Assembly (NCBI GenBank): GCA_028280605.1
Contig: JANQLL010000164.1
Span: 99 to 64,098, forward strand
DNA length: 64,000 nt
DNA from: Candidatus Gastranaerophilales bacterium
Lineage (GTDB): Bacteria; Cyanobacteriota; Vampirovibrionia; Gastranaerophilales; JANQFW01
Direction: 5' to 3'
The translations under genes and the position numbers were made by a program. Under the pieces are notes generated by a model. It saw only the letters and a program-made list of their open reading frames with translations, searched no databases and was not told the DNA's origin. How positions within the stretch are numbered: position 1 is the stretch's first letter; each line of letters opens with the position of its first letter. Positions 10,044 through 19,659 of this stretch are shown here, piece after piece.

Positions 10044-13000
10044 GTGCTTTTCAATAAAAAAATATTATTAAATCATTTAAATAAATTTGAATATCCTGAA
10101 CAATTTGAATTCAAAAGAATAAATAAGATTATTTTTAATTGGCAGACGGCTATAAAAGATGGTAAATATGAAAAAACAAAAGAAATTCGAGTTCAAGCAA
10201 CATTTTTAACACGTTTTTTTAATGATATTTTAGGCTATGCAGAGATGCATGATTGTCCTGATGAGTGGTATTTGATAAACGAAGCTAAAACTGAAGTTGA
10301 TTCAACAAAGGCCGATGGGGCTTTAGGATTTTTTTCTGAAGATGAAAAAGGTAATGTTATAAGAGCAGTTATAGAGCTAAAAGACGCTAAAACTCCTTTG
10401 GATAAAAAACAGTCTTCAAGAAAAGATTATGATTCGCCTGTAAGTCAGGCTTTTAGCTATTCATCAAAATTTGACCGTTGCGATTGGATAGTAGTTTCAA
10501 ACTTCAGGGAAATAAGACTTTATCATAAAGATAGAGGTCAAGGTTATTATGAAAAATTCTTGATAGAAGAATTTAATGTAAAAGAAGATATTAATGAATC
10601 TGATTTATTTAAAGATGAAAAGTTTAAAAGATTTTACTTTCTTTTATGTAAACAAAATTTGCTGGATAAAGACAGAAACTCTTTGCTGGATAAGCTTGTT
10701 AAAGATACTTCAAAGCAAGAAGACGAAATATCCAAGAGCTTTTATAAAGAGTTTAAAGCTGTTAGACAAAGCCTGTTTAATCATCTGGCTGAAAACAATC
10801 CTGAAGTAGAAAAAAAATGCTTGCTGGAAAAAACTCAAAAGCTGTTGGACAGAATGATATTTGTATTTTTCTGTGAGGATTCATATGGTTTATTACCTTC
10901 TAAAATAACAAATGAAGTTTACCGGCTCGGCATAAAATCAAGAGAAAGAAGTGACCAAAGAGTATGGAGGGAGTTTAAAAATCTTTTTCAGGATATAAAT
11001 GAGGGAAGATATGATATAGATCCGCCAATAAACGCTTATAATGGAGGTTTATTTGCTGAAGATAAAGTATTAAATAATTTGATTATTAAAGATGATATTT
11101 GGGAAGAAATAGTTAAGCTTGCCAATTATGATTTTGAGAGTGATTTGAATGTTAATATTTTAGGTCATATTTTTGAACAATCTTTAAGTGATTTAGAAAA
11201 ATTAAAAAATGAACTTGATGGAATAGAGAGTAATAATAAAAAATCCAAACGTAAAAAAGACGGGATTTATTATACTCCTGAGTATATCACTCGTTATATA
11301 GTAGAACAAACTTTAGGTAAATACCTTGAGGAAAATCCGAATAGGCTGGAGTCTGTAAAAATACTTGACCCTGCTTGTGGTAGCGGCGCATTTTTAAATC
11401 AGGCTCATAGTTTTTTGCAGGAACAGCATAGAGTAAGATGGGAAGAAAAACTTGCTGAAAATTATAAAGATTCAAGAAATTTAAATATTTTTGAACATCA
11501 AAACCTTGCAGAGGTTGATAAGTCAATATTATTAAATAATATTTTTGGTGTTGATTTAAATGAAGAATCAACAGAAATTACAAAACTTGCTTTATGGTTA
11601 AAGACTGCAAAAAAAACAGAGCCATTGCAAAACCTCGATAATAATATCAAATGCGGAAATTCTCTTATTGATGATCCTGATGTGGCCGGAGAAAAAGCTT
11701 TTAACTGGCAAAATGAATTTGAAGGTATATTTGAAAAGCAAAAACTAAAAGCTTTTCATTTAACATGGGCAACTCATAATTCAAGGTATTCTGAAAAATT
11801 AGGCAAATTAAATATAAAGACAGATGAAGCTATTTGGCTTGATGAAAAATCTGAAAGTATAATCACGAATACTATTGATAGAATTGTTAGAGAAGATAGC
11901 TTAAAAGTGTTGGCTTACAATATTTGTGGAGATCATATTCATCTTATAATTGTTTGTTGTGAAAATGAACTAGAGTCCATTGTAAGAAAATTCAAATCAA
12001 TATCATCAAGAGAGCACAATATAAAAATGGGTTGGACAGTACCTGATGAAGAAAATAAAAAAAGAAGAGCTGAAAATAAAAAGGGAATTACTCAAAACAA
12101 GCTTTGGGCCAAAAGTTATAATGCCTCTATTCTTGAATCTAGTGAGTATATTGTAAATGCAATAAATTATGTAGAAAAAAACAGAAAAAAGCATGGTCTT
12201 ACGGATTTGGAGTATTGTAAAAATCCTTGTGAATATAATAAAGAAAATCCTTATAAGCAGAGGGTCATGACCCTCTGCTCTATTGAAAAAGCATTTGAGG
12301 ATAAGTATGAAGGCGGTTTTGATGTTATTATAGGTAACCCGCCTTATGTAAGACAGGAGTTTTTCTCTGAAATAAAGCCTTTTCTTGAAAAAAATTATGA
12401 AGTTTATACCGGTGTATCTGACTTATATGTTTATTTCTTTGAAAAAGGGTTAAACTTATTAAAAGAAGGCGGTTACTTTGCTTTTATAGTTTCAAATAAA
12501 TTCTTAAAAGCCGGTTATGGCAAAAAATTAACCCAATATTTACAAAAAAATTATAAAATAGTTGAAATGATTGACTTTGGAGATTTACAAATTTTTGAAG
12601 GGGCTATAACATATCCTTGTATAATAACCATTAAAAAAGAAAAGCCTGAAGAAAAACAAAGTTGTACTTGTTTAAAGCTAAAAAATCTTGATAATGTGAC
12701 TGATTTGAAAATTGAAGTTAACAGTAAAGGCTTTGAGTTAATTATTGCTAATGATGATGAAACTTGGGCTTCTAGTAGCAAACAAAATTTTGATATTTTA
12801 GAAAAATTAAAGAAAAATAATATTCCTTTGGGAAAATATATAAACGATTCTATTTATTATGGAATTAAAACAGGATTTAATGAAGCATTTATTATTAATA
12901 CGGAAACTAAAGAAAAACTTTGCAAGAAAGGTTTTGAAGGGGTAGAGATTATTAAACCTCTTATAAAAGGTTGTAATATTTTGCCTTATAATTTTGATTA

Positions 13001-13802
13001 TCAAAATCTATGGATTATATTTACCCGTAGAGGAATAAATATTGATAAATATCCTGCAATTAAAGAATACTTAAGTTTATTTAAAGAAAAATTAGAGCCT
13101 AAACCTAAAGACTTTAAAGGTGAATGGAAAGGTCGAAAAACAGGTTCTTATGAATGGTATGAAATTCAAGATAATATTGCATACTATGAAAATTTTGCCA
13201 AACCGAAAATCATTTGGGGGAATTTAGCTAAAAAAGCATCTTTTGCATATGATGATAAAAATTTATATATTAATGCTCCAGCTTGCATAATTCCTACAAA
13301 TGAAAAATGGCTTTTATCATTATTAAATTCTAAAATTTCAACATACTTTCTTAAAAATACGGCTATAGAACGACAAGGAGGCTTTATTGAACAAAAACCT
13401 GTTTATGTAAAACAGATACCTATTCCTAATGCAAATAAAGAACAACAAAAAAGCCTTGCCCAAAAAGCCAACCAAATGATGGAGCTAAATAAAAATCTAA
13501 ATGAATCATCAAAACATGCTCTTAACTTTATTGAAACCAAGTATCAGCCTAAAAAAATACCTCAAAAACTCCAAAAATTTTGGCAAATAGGGGCAAATCC
13601 ATTTATTGATGAGTTAAAAAAGCAAAAAGTAAATCTGACTCTTAAGGAGGAAGAAGAGCTTATCCAATGGTATAAAGAAAAACAAATGCTTTTAAATGAC
13701 CTGGAAAATCAAATAAATCAATTAGATAAAAATATAGACCTAGAAGTTTACAAACTCTATGACCTAAGCGATGAAGAAGTAAAAATTATTGAGGAAGCGT
13801 AA
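10044..13802 (+). CDS. Type IIG (MmeI/Eco57I-like) restriction endonuclease-methyltransferase fusion carrying an internal HUH/Y1 domain
   Basis: 1252 aa. N-terminal PD-ExK-like ADGALGF..VIELKDAK. AdoMet motif I DPACGSGAFL (nt 11367). CGNSLI, motif IV GGFDVIIGNPPY (NPPY at nt 12336-12347). C-terminal target-recognition-like region. Confidence 0.8.
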   Translation: MLFNKKILLNHLNKFEYPEQFEFKRINKIIFNWQTAIKDGKYEKTKEIRVQATFLTRFFNDILGYAEMHDCPDEWYLINEAKTEVDSTKADGALGFFSEDEKGNVIRAVIELKDAKTPLDKKQSSRKDYDSPVSQAFSYSSKFDRCDWIVVSNFREIRLYHKDRGQGYYEKFLIEEFNVKEDINESDLFKDEKFKRFYFLLCKQNLLDKDRNSLLDKLVKDTSKQEDEISKSFYKEFKAVRQSLFNHLAENNPEVEKKCLLEKTQKLLDRMIFVFFCEDSYGLLPSKITNEVYRLGIKSRERSDQRVWREFKNLFQDINEGRYDIDPPINAYNGGLFAEDKVLNNLIIKDDIWEEIVKLANYDFESDLNVNILGHIFEQSLSDLEKLKNELDGIESNNKKSKRKKDGIYYTPEYITRYIVEQTLGKYLEENPNRLESVKILDPACGSGAFLNQAHSFLQEQHRVRWEEKLAENYKDSRNLNIFEHQNLAEVDKSILLNNIFGVDLNEESTEITKLALWLKTAKKTEPLQNLDNNIKCGNSLIDDPDVAGEKAFNWQNEFEGIFEKQKLKAFHLTWATHNSRYSEKLGKLNIKTDEAIWLDEKSESIITNTIDRIVREDSLKVLAYNICGDHIHLIIVCCENELESIVRKFKSISSREHNIKMGWTVPDEENKKRRAENKKGITQNKLWAKSYNASILESSEYIVNAINYVEKNRKKHGLTDLEYCKNPCEYNKENPYKQRVMTLCSIEKAFEDKYEGGFDVIIGNPPYVRQEFFSEIKPFLEKNYEVYTGVSDLYVYFFEKGLNLLKEGGYFAFIVSNKFLKAGYGKKLTQYLQKNYKIVEMIDFGDLQIFEGAITYPCIITIKKEKPEEKQSCTCLKLKNLDNVTDLKIEVNSKGFELIIANDDETWASSSKQNFDILEKLKKNNIPLGKYINDSIYYGIKTGFNEAFIINTETKEKLCKKGFEGVEIIKPLIKGCNILPYNFDYQNLWIIFTRRGINIDKYPAIKEYLSLFKEKLEPKPKDFKGEWKGRKTGSYEWYEIQDNIAYYENFAKPKIIWGNLAKKASFAYDDKNLYINAPACIIPTNEKWLLSLLNSKISTYFLKNTAIERQGGFIEQKPVYVKQIPIPNANKEQQKSLAQKANQMMELNKNLNESSKHALNFIETKYQPKKIPQKLQKFWQIGANPFIDELKKQKVNLTLKEEEELIQWYKEKQMLLNDLENQINQLDKNIDLEVYKLYDLSDEEVKIIEEA
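11739..12302 (+). other. In-frame ~188-codon insert encoding a Y1 HUH (IS200/IS605 TnpA / RAYT-like) domain within the methyltransferase domain
   Basis: AFHLTWATHNSR (beta1), NICGDHIHLIIV (HUH = HIH), IVRKFKSISSRE, KLWAKSYNASILES, NAINYVEKNRKKHGL (catalytic Tyr, Y-x3-N). No separate start codon or RBS. Confidence 0.7.
12257..12278. repeat. 22-bp perfect palindrome GCAGAGGGTCATGACCCTCTGC (REP/IS200-end-like hairpin) inside the coding sequence
   Basis: Checked by hand to be its own reverse complement. GC-rich relative to its surroundings. Lies just 3' of the Y1 domain near the right edge of the insert. Confidence 0.85.
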
Positions 13803-13826
13803 CAATGAACTATAAAATAGAGCAAA

Positions 13827-14447
13827 ATGAATAAAAATCTTGTTAATAAAGCTATTCTGCTTGCCTGGATAACAATTATTTATAATATAGTGGAAGGCTC
13901 AGCTTCTCTATTTTGGGGTATCTCGGAAGGCTCGATTGCGCTTGCCGGTTTTGGGGCTGACAGCATAATTGAAGTTACGTCAAGTTCACTTGTCTTATGG
14001 CGCTTTGAAGAAGAAGCAATTAATAATAAACACCTTAATTTAAAGCGAGAAAGACAAGCAACATACGGAATAGCAATTCTTTTTATTTTACTTTCCTTTA
14101 TAATGTTTATAACTTCAGCATATCAACTTATTCAGCAAAATCATCCACAAAGTACTATTCCGGGTTTAATCATTTCATTTATTAGCTTATTTACTATGTT
14201 TTTCTTACTGTATGAAAAGAAAGAAGTAGGTTTAAAGCTTAAAAGTTCAACAGTAATAAAAGATGCAAGCTGTACATTTGCTTGCATAAAGTTATCAGTA
14301 GTTTTATTTATAGGTAGCTTGCTTTTTTGGGTTCATCCGTCTTTGTGGTGGGTTGACGGCATAGCTTCGATTTTTTTGGCGTATTTGATTTATAAAGAGG
14401 GTCTTTTTACTTTAAATCAATTAAATAAATTGCATAAAGTTGTTTAA
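13827..14447 (+). CDS. Small cation-transporter-like membrane protein (CDF-type transmembrane domain only)
   Basis: 206 aa with about 5-6 helices. The YNIVEGSASLFWGISEGSIALAGFGADSIIEVTSS..LWRF pattern resembles short proteins annotated as cation transporters. Confidence 0.5.
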   Translation: MNKNLVNKAILLAWITIIYNIVEGSASLFWGISEGSIALAGFGADSIIEVTSSSLVLWRFEEEAINNKHLNLKRERQATYGIAILFILLSFIMFITSAYQLIQQNHPQSTIPGLIISFISLFTMFFLLYEKKEVGLKLKSSTVIKDASCTFACIKLSVVLFIGSLLFWVHPSLWWVDGIASIFLAYLIYKEGLFTLNQLNKLHKVV

Positions 14448-15844
14448 CAGACCGGATGGGTTTTATTTTTGTTTAAAGTAAAAGATTCTCGACTTTGAAG
14501 ATTGTTAACAGCAGTCTTTAAATCATTTATAAAATGCTCGGCTAAATCAATATTAAAGTTCTCTTTAACTACAACTCTTAAAACAGTTATATTATTTGCA
14601 TTAGGCGGAAGCTCATAAGCCGGAACAACCCAGCCGAATTCTCTAAGCTTTTGAGATAGCTCGTATACATTGAAATTTAAGCTTTTATTAGCACTCCATA
14701 CTACAACAGGAAGAGCGTCAAGCTTGCTTTGTATTTCAAATATTTTAATTTGTTCTTTTGTGTTTTTATCTGGTATATACAAATTATCAATCTCACCGTA
14801 AATAAATCCAGTAACGCTCTTTAAATTATCAAATATCCTTTTATAGCCTTCGTTCCCTAATCTTAAAAAGTTATAATACTGAGACACTACGCCATAAGAA
14901 GCGCGCGAAAAATTTAATGTAAAGGTTTCAATTTGCCCGCCAAGATAATCAAGAGGAAAAATTAATTCTTCGGGTAAATAATCTTTGTTACGCCATAAAA
15001 CCCAGCCAATACCAGGGTAAGCTAATCCGTATTTATGCCCGGAAACATTTATTGAAACAACCCGTTGTAGCCTAAAATCCCACTTGATATCAGGATAAAG
15101 AAACGGTGCAATAAATCCTCCACTGGCTGCATCAACGTGGATAGGAACATCAAGGCCGTTGTTTTTGTATAAATCATCAAGAGCATTGCTTATTTCCTCA
15201 ACTGGCTCAAATTCTCCGGTAAACGTTGTGCCAAGTGTTAAGCACACCCCTATTGTATTAGAGTCAACATTTTCTATTACTTTATCTTTAGAAACTACAA
15301 AGCTATTGCTATCAATATCTATAATTTTGGGTTCTACATCAAAATAACGTATAAATTTCTTCCATACTACATGGGTGTTAGATCCTATTATAATATTGGG
15401 ATTAGAAGAGTCTTTTGTTCTGTTTTTCCACTTCCATTTTAAAGCCAGTCCTGCCAGCATAACTGCCTCTGAGGAACCAATGGTATTAGTTCCGGCAATA
15501 CAAACATTTTTAGGCGCATTAAATAAGTTAGCCAGGATATTTAAACATCTTTTTTGTATTTCAATTATGTGTGGATACTCAACTTCATCCGCTAAGTTAT
15601 ATTTTATTGAATCAGAAACAAGCTTTTGAGCTTTTTCTTCCACCCAGGTGGTTACAAAACTCGCTAAATTCTGCGAAGGATTAGCATCAAGGTCTAGTTC
15701 CTCTTTTATCAAATTATAGACAATATCTTCCGGGATTGATTTTTCATTTAATTTATTTTTTGCAATAGGTTCAATTATTGCCCTTGAGGCAAAAATAGGA
15801 GTAATATAGTCATCTTTATCAAAGTTTTTTATGTCTTTAACCAT
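14444..15844 (-). CDS. gad: Glutamate decarboxylase (PLP-dependent)
   Basis: 466 aa. NLASFVTTW...EYP, and the PLP-lysine motif SINVSGHKYGLAYPGIGWVLWR. Confidence 0.88.
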   Translation of the reverse strand: MVKDIKNFDKDDYITPIFASRAIIEPIAKNKLNEKSIPEDIVYNLIKEELDLDANPSQNLASFVTTWVEEKAQKLVSDSIKYNLADEVEYPHIIEIQKRCLNILANLFNAPKNVCIAGTNTIGSSEAVMLAGLALKWKWKNRTKDSSNPNIIIGSNTHVVWKKFIRYFDVEPKIIDIDSNSFVVSKDKVIENVDSNTIGVCLTLGTTFTGEFEPVEEISNALDDLYKNNGLDVPIHVDAASGGFIAPFLYPDIKWDFRLQRVVSINVSGHKYGLAYPGIGWVLWRNKDYLPEELIFPLDYLGGQIETFTLNFSRASYGVVSQYYNFLRLGNEGYKRIFDNLKSVTGFIYGEIDNLYIPDKNTKEQIKIFEIQSKLDALPVVVWSANKSLNFNVYELSQKLREFGWVVPAYELPPNANNITVLRVVVKENFNIDLAEHFINDLKTAVNNLQSRESFTLNKNKTHPVC

Positions 15845-15852
15845 AGATTCTC

Positions 15853-18800
15853 CTAAATTGGCAAAGTAAAATAAAATGTAGTTCCTTCTCCTTCTTTTGT
15901 TTCAAACCATATCTTGCCATTATGGGCTTCTATTATTTGTTTTGAAAGATAAAGACCCAGCCCTGTGCCAATTTTTCTTTTTTTAGTCGGATATCGTTGA
16001 AAAATCATAGGTACTTGATCGCTAGGAATACCTTCGCCGTTATCTTTTATTGAAACCTGAATAGTATTATCCAATCTAATTGAATTAATTGCTATTTGAG
16101 TTCCGGCTTTTGTGTGCCTTATTGCATTACCGATCAGGTTAACTAAAACCCTTTGTATTTCTCCTTTATCAAGATATACTAAAGGCAAATTCTCTTCTAT
16201 ACTTACAGAAAATTCTGAATTTTTTTCCTGGGCAAGGTATTTAAGAGACCTTAATGATTCATCTATTAATTCTGAAATATTAGCCTCAATTTTAAAGAGT
16301 TGCCATTCTCCAGACTCATAATGATAAGTAGAAAGTAAATTATTTACGATTTTAAGCAAATCCTCATTGGTTTTATAAATATCCTCAAGGTATTCTTTAT
16401 AAACATCAGGTATTGCAACGGGCTTTCCTGCAATCATTACCTCTAAAGCTTTTTGCTCTGCTATAATTGGGCTTTTCAAGTCATGAGTAAGAGTTGCTAT
16501 AAAAGACATTCTTGTTTCTTCCAACTCTTGCCTTTGCATAACTTCTAGAGATACAAGCACTAAATTATCAATAATAAGCTTAATAATATTTTTTTCATAA
16601 TCTGTCCAATATTTAGGCTCTTCCATTGCAAGTATAGTAATTTCTATAATTTCTTTAGACTCTTTGCTTAGCTTTCTGGATGTAGGGTAAACTGTGCAAG
16701 CTCTTATGCCTTCACCCTTTAAACACATTTTCAATTCTTCATTTTTTATTTCTTTCTCAACATCATTTATGCAAATAAGTTGCCTTTCTTCAGGTATAAT
16801 TTCTTTAGCAATTCCACGTGTTAATAAACAATCTCCAACAACCTTATTATTATATTTTTTATTTTTTATTTTTTCATTCATTACAATAAGATTTTCTTCT
16901 TTAAAGTGAAAATGCAGGGTTTTATCTACTTCTAAAAGATCTAATAATTGCTCTAAAAGATAATTATCCACTTCTTCGTGAGTTGTCAGGTTAGAAGCTT
17001 CTGTTATTATTTTTCTTAGTGTTTTTTCATTAGCCAATGATTGTTTAAGTTCATCATTCAACTTGAATAAATTAATACCTATTGAAATTTGTTGGCTTAT
17101 AAGGGTTAAATAATCCAAGTTTTCTTTTTTCCATACTTTTGGTTTGTCTACCATTGCAATTACAATCATAGCCAAGGGTTCATCTTTATAAAAGACCGGA
17201 GCAATTATAAATGCTTTTACGCAGCATGTAAATTGTTTTATTTTTTGTATTTCTTTTGCAGGGACTTCGTTTATATTATTTATTACTATTAATTCTTTAT
17301 TTTTAAAGATTCTGTTAGATATATATTCAGAAGCCTCTTTAGAGTATGAGTTTGCGCTTAAGCATGCTAAAACATCTTCAGAGCGTTTATATTTTGCAAA
17401 AGTTTTATAAAATTCACTTTTTTCTTGATTATAATAATGTAAATATACTCTATCAGCATCAAATAGCTCTCCAATATCTTTACATATTGAATATAGAGCA
17501 TCTTTTCTATTTTCAGCTTCCAAAATATTATTAGTTACTCGTCTTAAAAGGCTTTCTCTAAATATTTTTTCTTGAATTTGGTCAGTCAGTTTTGCCTGAT
17601 TTATTATTACTGTTGCCTGGTTAACTATAGATTCAAATAAAGCTTTGTCTTCATCTGTATAAACCTTGAATTCTCTGGTTGAATCAATTATTAACAAGCC
17701 TATTGGTTTTGAAGCATAATATAAAGGTGCCATCATAAATGATTTAACATTATACTCTTCCATTAACTTTTGTGTTGAATCAGGGATATCAAGTTTAGTT
17801 ACATCGTTAACTACAAGCAATTGCTTTTGACTAAATACAACTTGGGCAAAAACTTCTATTTCTTCATTTGAAATTTCTCTTCTTGCAAGAGACTTAACTT
17901 CAAGGGATGATAAATATACATTGCTTTTTTCTATAGGTAAATAAATGTTATTTTTATAATCATATTCTAGAAAAAAGCACCTATCTGCATTAAAAAGCTG
18001 TCCTGTTTCAATTACTATTGTTTCTATTGTATCTTTAGCGCCGGGAGAATTTATAGCTGATATAATAAATTCTCTTAATACTTTTTCGCGCTGTATAAAG
18101 TTTTTTAGGTTTTTGATCATTTTATTCAAATAAATTGATAGACTACCCAATTCATCATCAGATTCAAGTTTTATTTTTACGTCAAAGTTGCCATCCGCAA
18201 CTTGCTCGGATGCCTCTTGTAAAAGACTTACCGAATTTAAAACAGATAATGAAAAACAATAAAAAATATACACAAGTATTAAAAGAGTAATTATTGCTGG
18301 AAAAATAATTATAAATCTTCTGAATTCTAATTCTTTTATTCTTTCCAAAAGGAGTTCTTCTAAAACATGTATTGAAACTTCGTATAGTGCAAAATTTGAT
18401 CTGCTCACAATTCTTCCAATACCTAAATAGGTTTTAGGCTTCGTTGTAAAGATTTTATCTATGATAAACCTTTTATTATTCATATCTATAAAACTATTTG
18501 TTGTGTAATTAACTTCTACAACAAAACTTTTTAACCTTTCAGCAGAAGGTTCATTATTTTCAAATACTTTTTTATAATCTATATTTATATCTTCTAGAAT
18601 ATATTTTATCTTTGCATTTACAGATAACAATTCAATGATTTCTTCTCTGGTGATCTTTTTATTTACAGATATATTTGTACCAAGTATAGAAGCTTGACCT
18701 AGTAATTCCATTAAAGTTGGAAGATTTTTGGTTACAGGATACATCAAATAAAAAGTATCCACCTCTGTATCTAATATTAAGTTTGACTTATCACCAATAT

Positions 18801-19281
18801 ACGAAATTAAATATATTAATTCTTTGATTATTTTTGTATAGTTTGCATAAGCTTCTGTTGGGGAGTAATTTATTGTTTCTTTTTTAATATCAATCCAATT
18901 TTTATTTGCATTTTTCCATAGTTCATTTATTTTAAAAATATCATTATATTTTTTATTAACTTCATCTACTGACTTAAATTCTAAATCTATTTGTTTAATC
19001 TTTGCTTGCAATTCATCTTTTACTTCTTGACTTCCTCTTAAATAGAGATTCAGAAGAGACCTTTGTTCTTCTAGCTCCTTTATTAAATTTTTAACGGGAT
19101 CAATATATTCTAAACCTATTTTTTCTTTTGCACTAAACTCTATTCTGATATTTATTTCTGTAATCAACAAAATAATCAATATACCAACAAATAAAATTAG
19201 TAAAATGCTTACAAAAGCAAATTTTTTAGGATATTTAAAGCGATTAATTAATTTTATACCCGGTACAAATATGCTTTTCAA
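15853..19281 (-). CDS. Sensor histidine kinase: TM-extracytoplasmic domain-TM-HAMP, about 3 GAF domains, HisKA, HATPase
   Basis: 1142 aa. HAMP-like VADGNFDVKIKLESDDELGSL. GAF signatures (..FNADRCFFLEYD, ..FDADRVYLHYYN). H-box ATLTHDLKSP. G2 box GTGLGLYLSKQI. Confidence 0.85.
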   Translation of the reverse strand: MKSIFVPGIKLINRFKYPKKFAFVSILLILFVGILIILLITEINIRIEFSAKEKIGLEYIDPVKNLIKELEEQRSLLNLYLRGSQEVKDELQAKIKQIDLEFKSVDEVNKKYNDIFKINELWKNANKNWIDIKKETINYSPTEAYANYTKIIKELIYLISYIGDKSNLILDTEVDTFYLMYPVTKNLPTLMELLGQASILGTNISVNKKITREEIIELLSVNAKIKYILEDINIDYKKVFENNEPSAERLKSFVVEVNYTTNSFIDMNNKRFIIDKIFTTKPKTYLGIGRIVSRSNFALYEVSIHVLEELLLERIKELEFRRFIIIFPAIITLLILVYIFYCFSLSVLNSVSLLQEASEQVADGNFDVKIKLESDDELGSLSIYLNKMIKNLKNFIQREKVLREFIISAINSPGAKDTIETIVIETGQLFNADRCFFLEYDYKNNIYLPIEKSNVYLSSLEVKSLARREISNEEIEVFAQVVFSQKQLLVVNDVTKLDIPDSTQKLMEEYNVKSFMMAPLYYASKPIGLLIIDSTREFKVYTDEDKALFESIVNQATVIINQAKLTDQIQEKIFRESLLRRVTNNILEAENRKDALYSICKDIGELFDADRVYLHYYNQEKSEFYKTFAKYKRSEDVLACLSANSYSKEASEYISNRIFKNKELIVINNINEVPAKEIQKIKQFTCCVKAFIIAPVFYKDEPLAMIVIAMVDKPKVWKKENLDYLTLISQQISIGINLFKLNDELKQSLANEKTLRKIITEASNLTTHEEVDNYLLEQLLDLLEVDKTLHFHFKEENLIVMNEKIKNKKYNNKVVGDCLLTRGIAKEIIPEERQLICINDVEKEIKNEELKMCLKGEGIRACTVYPTSRKLSKESKEIIEITILAMEEPKYWTDYEKNIIKLIIDNLVLVSLEVMQRQELEETRMSFIATLTHDLKSPIIAEQKALEVMIAGKPVAIPDVYKEYLEDIYKTNEDLLKIVNNLLSTYHYESGEWQLFKIEANISELIDESLRSLKYLAQEKNSEFSVSIEENLPLVYLDKGEIQRVLVNLIGNAIRHTKAGTQIAINSIRLDNTIQVSIKDNGEGIPSDQVPMIFQRYPTKKRKIGTGLGLYLSKQIIEAHNGKIWFETKEGEGTTFYFTLPI

Positions 19282-19659
19282 TGTATTTCTCCAGGAGCCA
19301 AATTAGCTCTTTGTTCTGTTCAAGTTTAAGAGAATCATATTAATTAAATTACTTTATTCAAAAAAATTAAAACCTCAATAAGGTAATATAAAAGTTTAAT
19401 TAAAGAGTAAATTTTTTTAAATATTAATAGTTGCAACTGATAACTCTGAATCTAGTTGAATCTTTGCTTCTCTGTAGTCTTTCTGCAGATTTAAAAATTT
19501 TTCCATTTGTTAATTACGGCTATATAAAATATTAGTAATTAGTTTATAAAAAAAATAAAAAATTCTTGAACAAAAAAATAACTAAATTATTCGTCTATAA
19601 CAGACAATAGGGGCATAGAAATTTTATTAGTTTTTTCTAAAATCGATTTAATATACTCC

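Noticed and set aside
11693-11756. Two copies of the 10-bp palindrome AAAAGCTTTT (11693 and 11747) near the left junction of the HUH insert.
   Set aside because: Both lie on the same side of the insert, they are short and AT-rich, and they contain only a HindIII-like core. Chance recurrence is likely. I mention them only as context in the palindrome finding.
19418-19507. 29-codon minus-strand ORF (MEKFLNLQKDYREAKIQLDSELSVATINI) in the kinase/hydrogenase intergenic region.
   Set aside because: No Shine-Dalgarno sequence and no recognisable family. It is compatible with chance in a 490-bp spacer.
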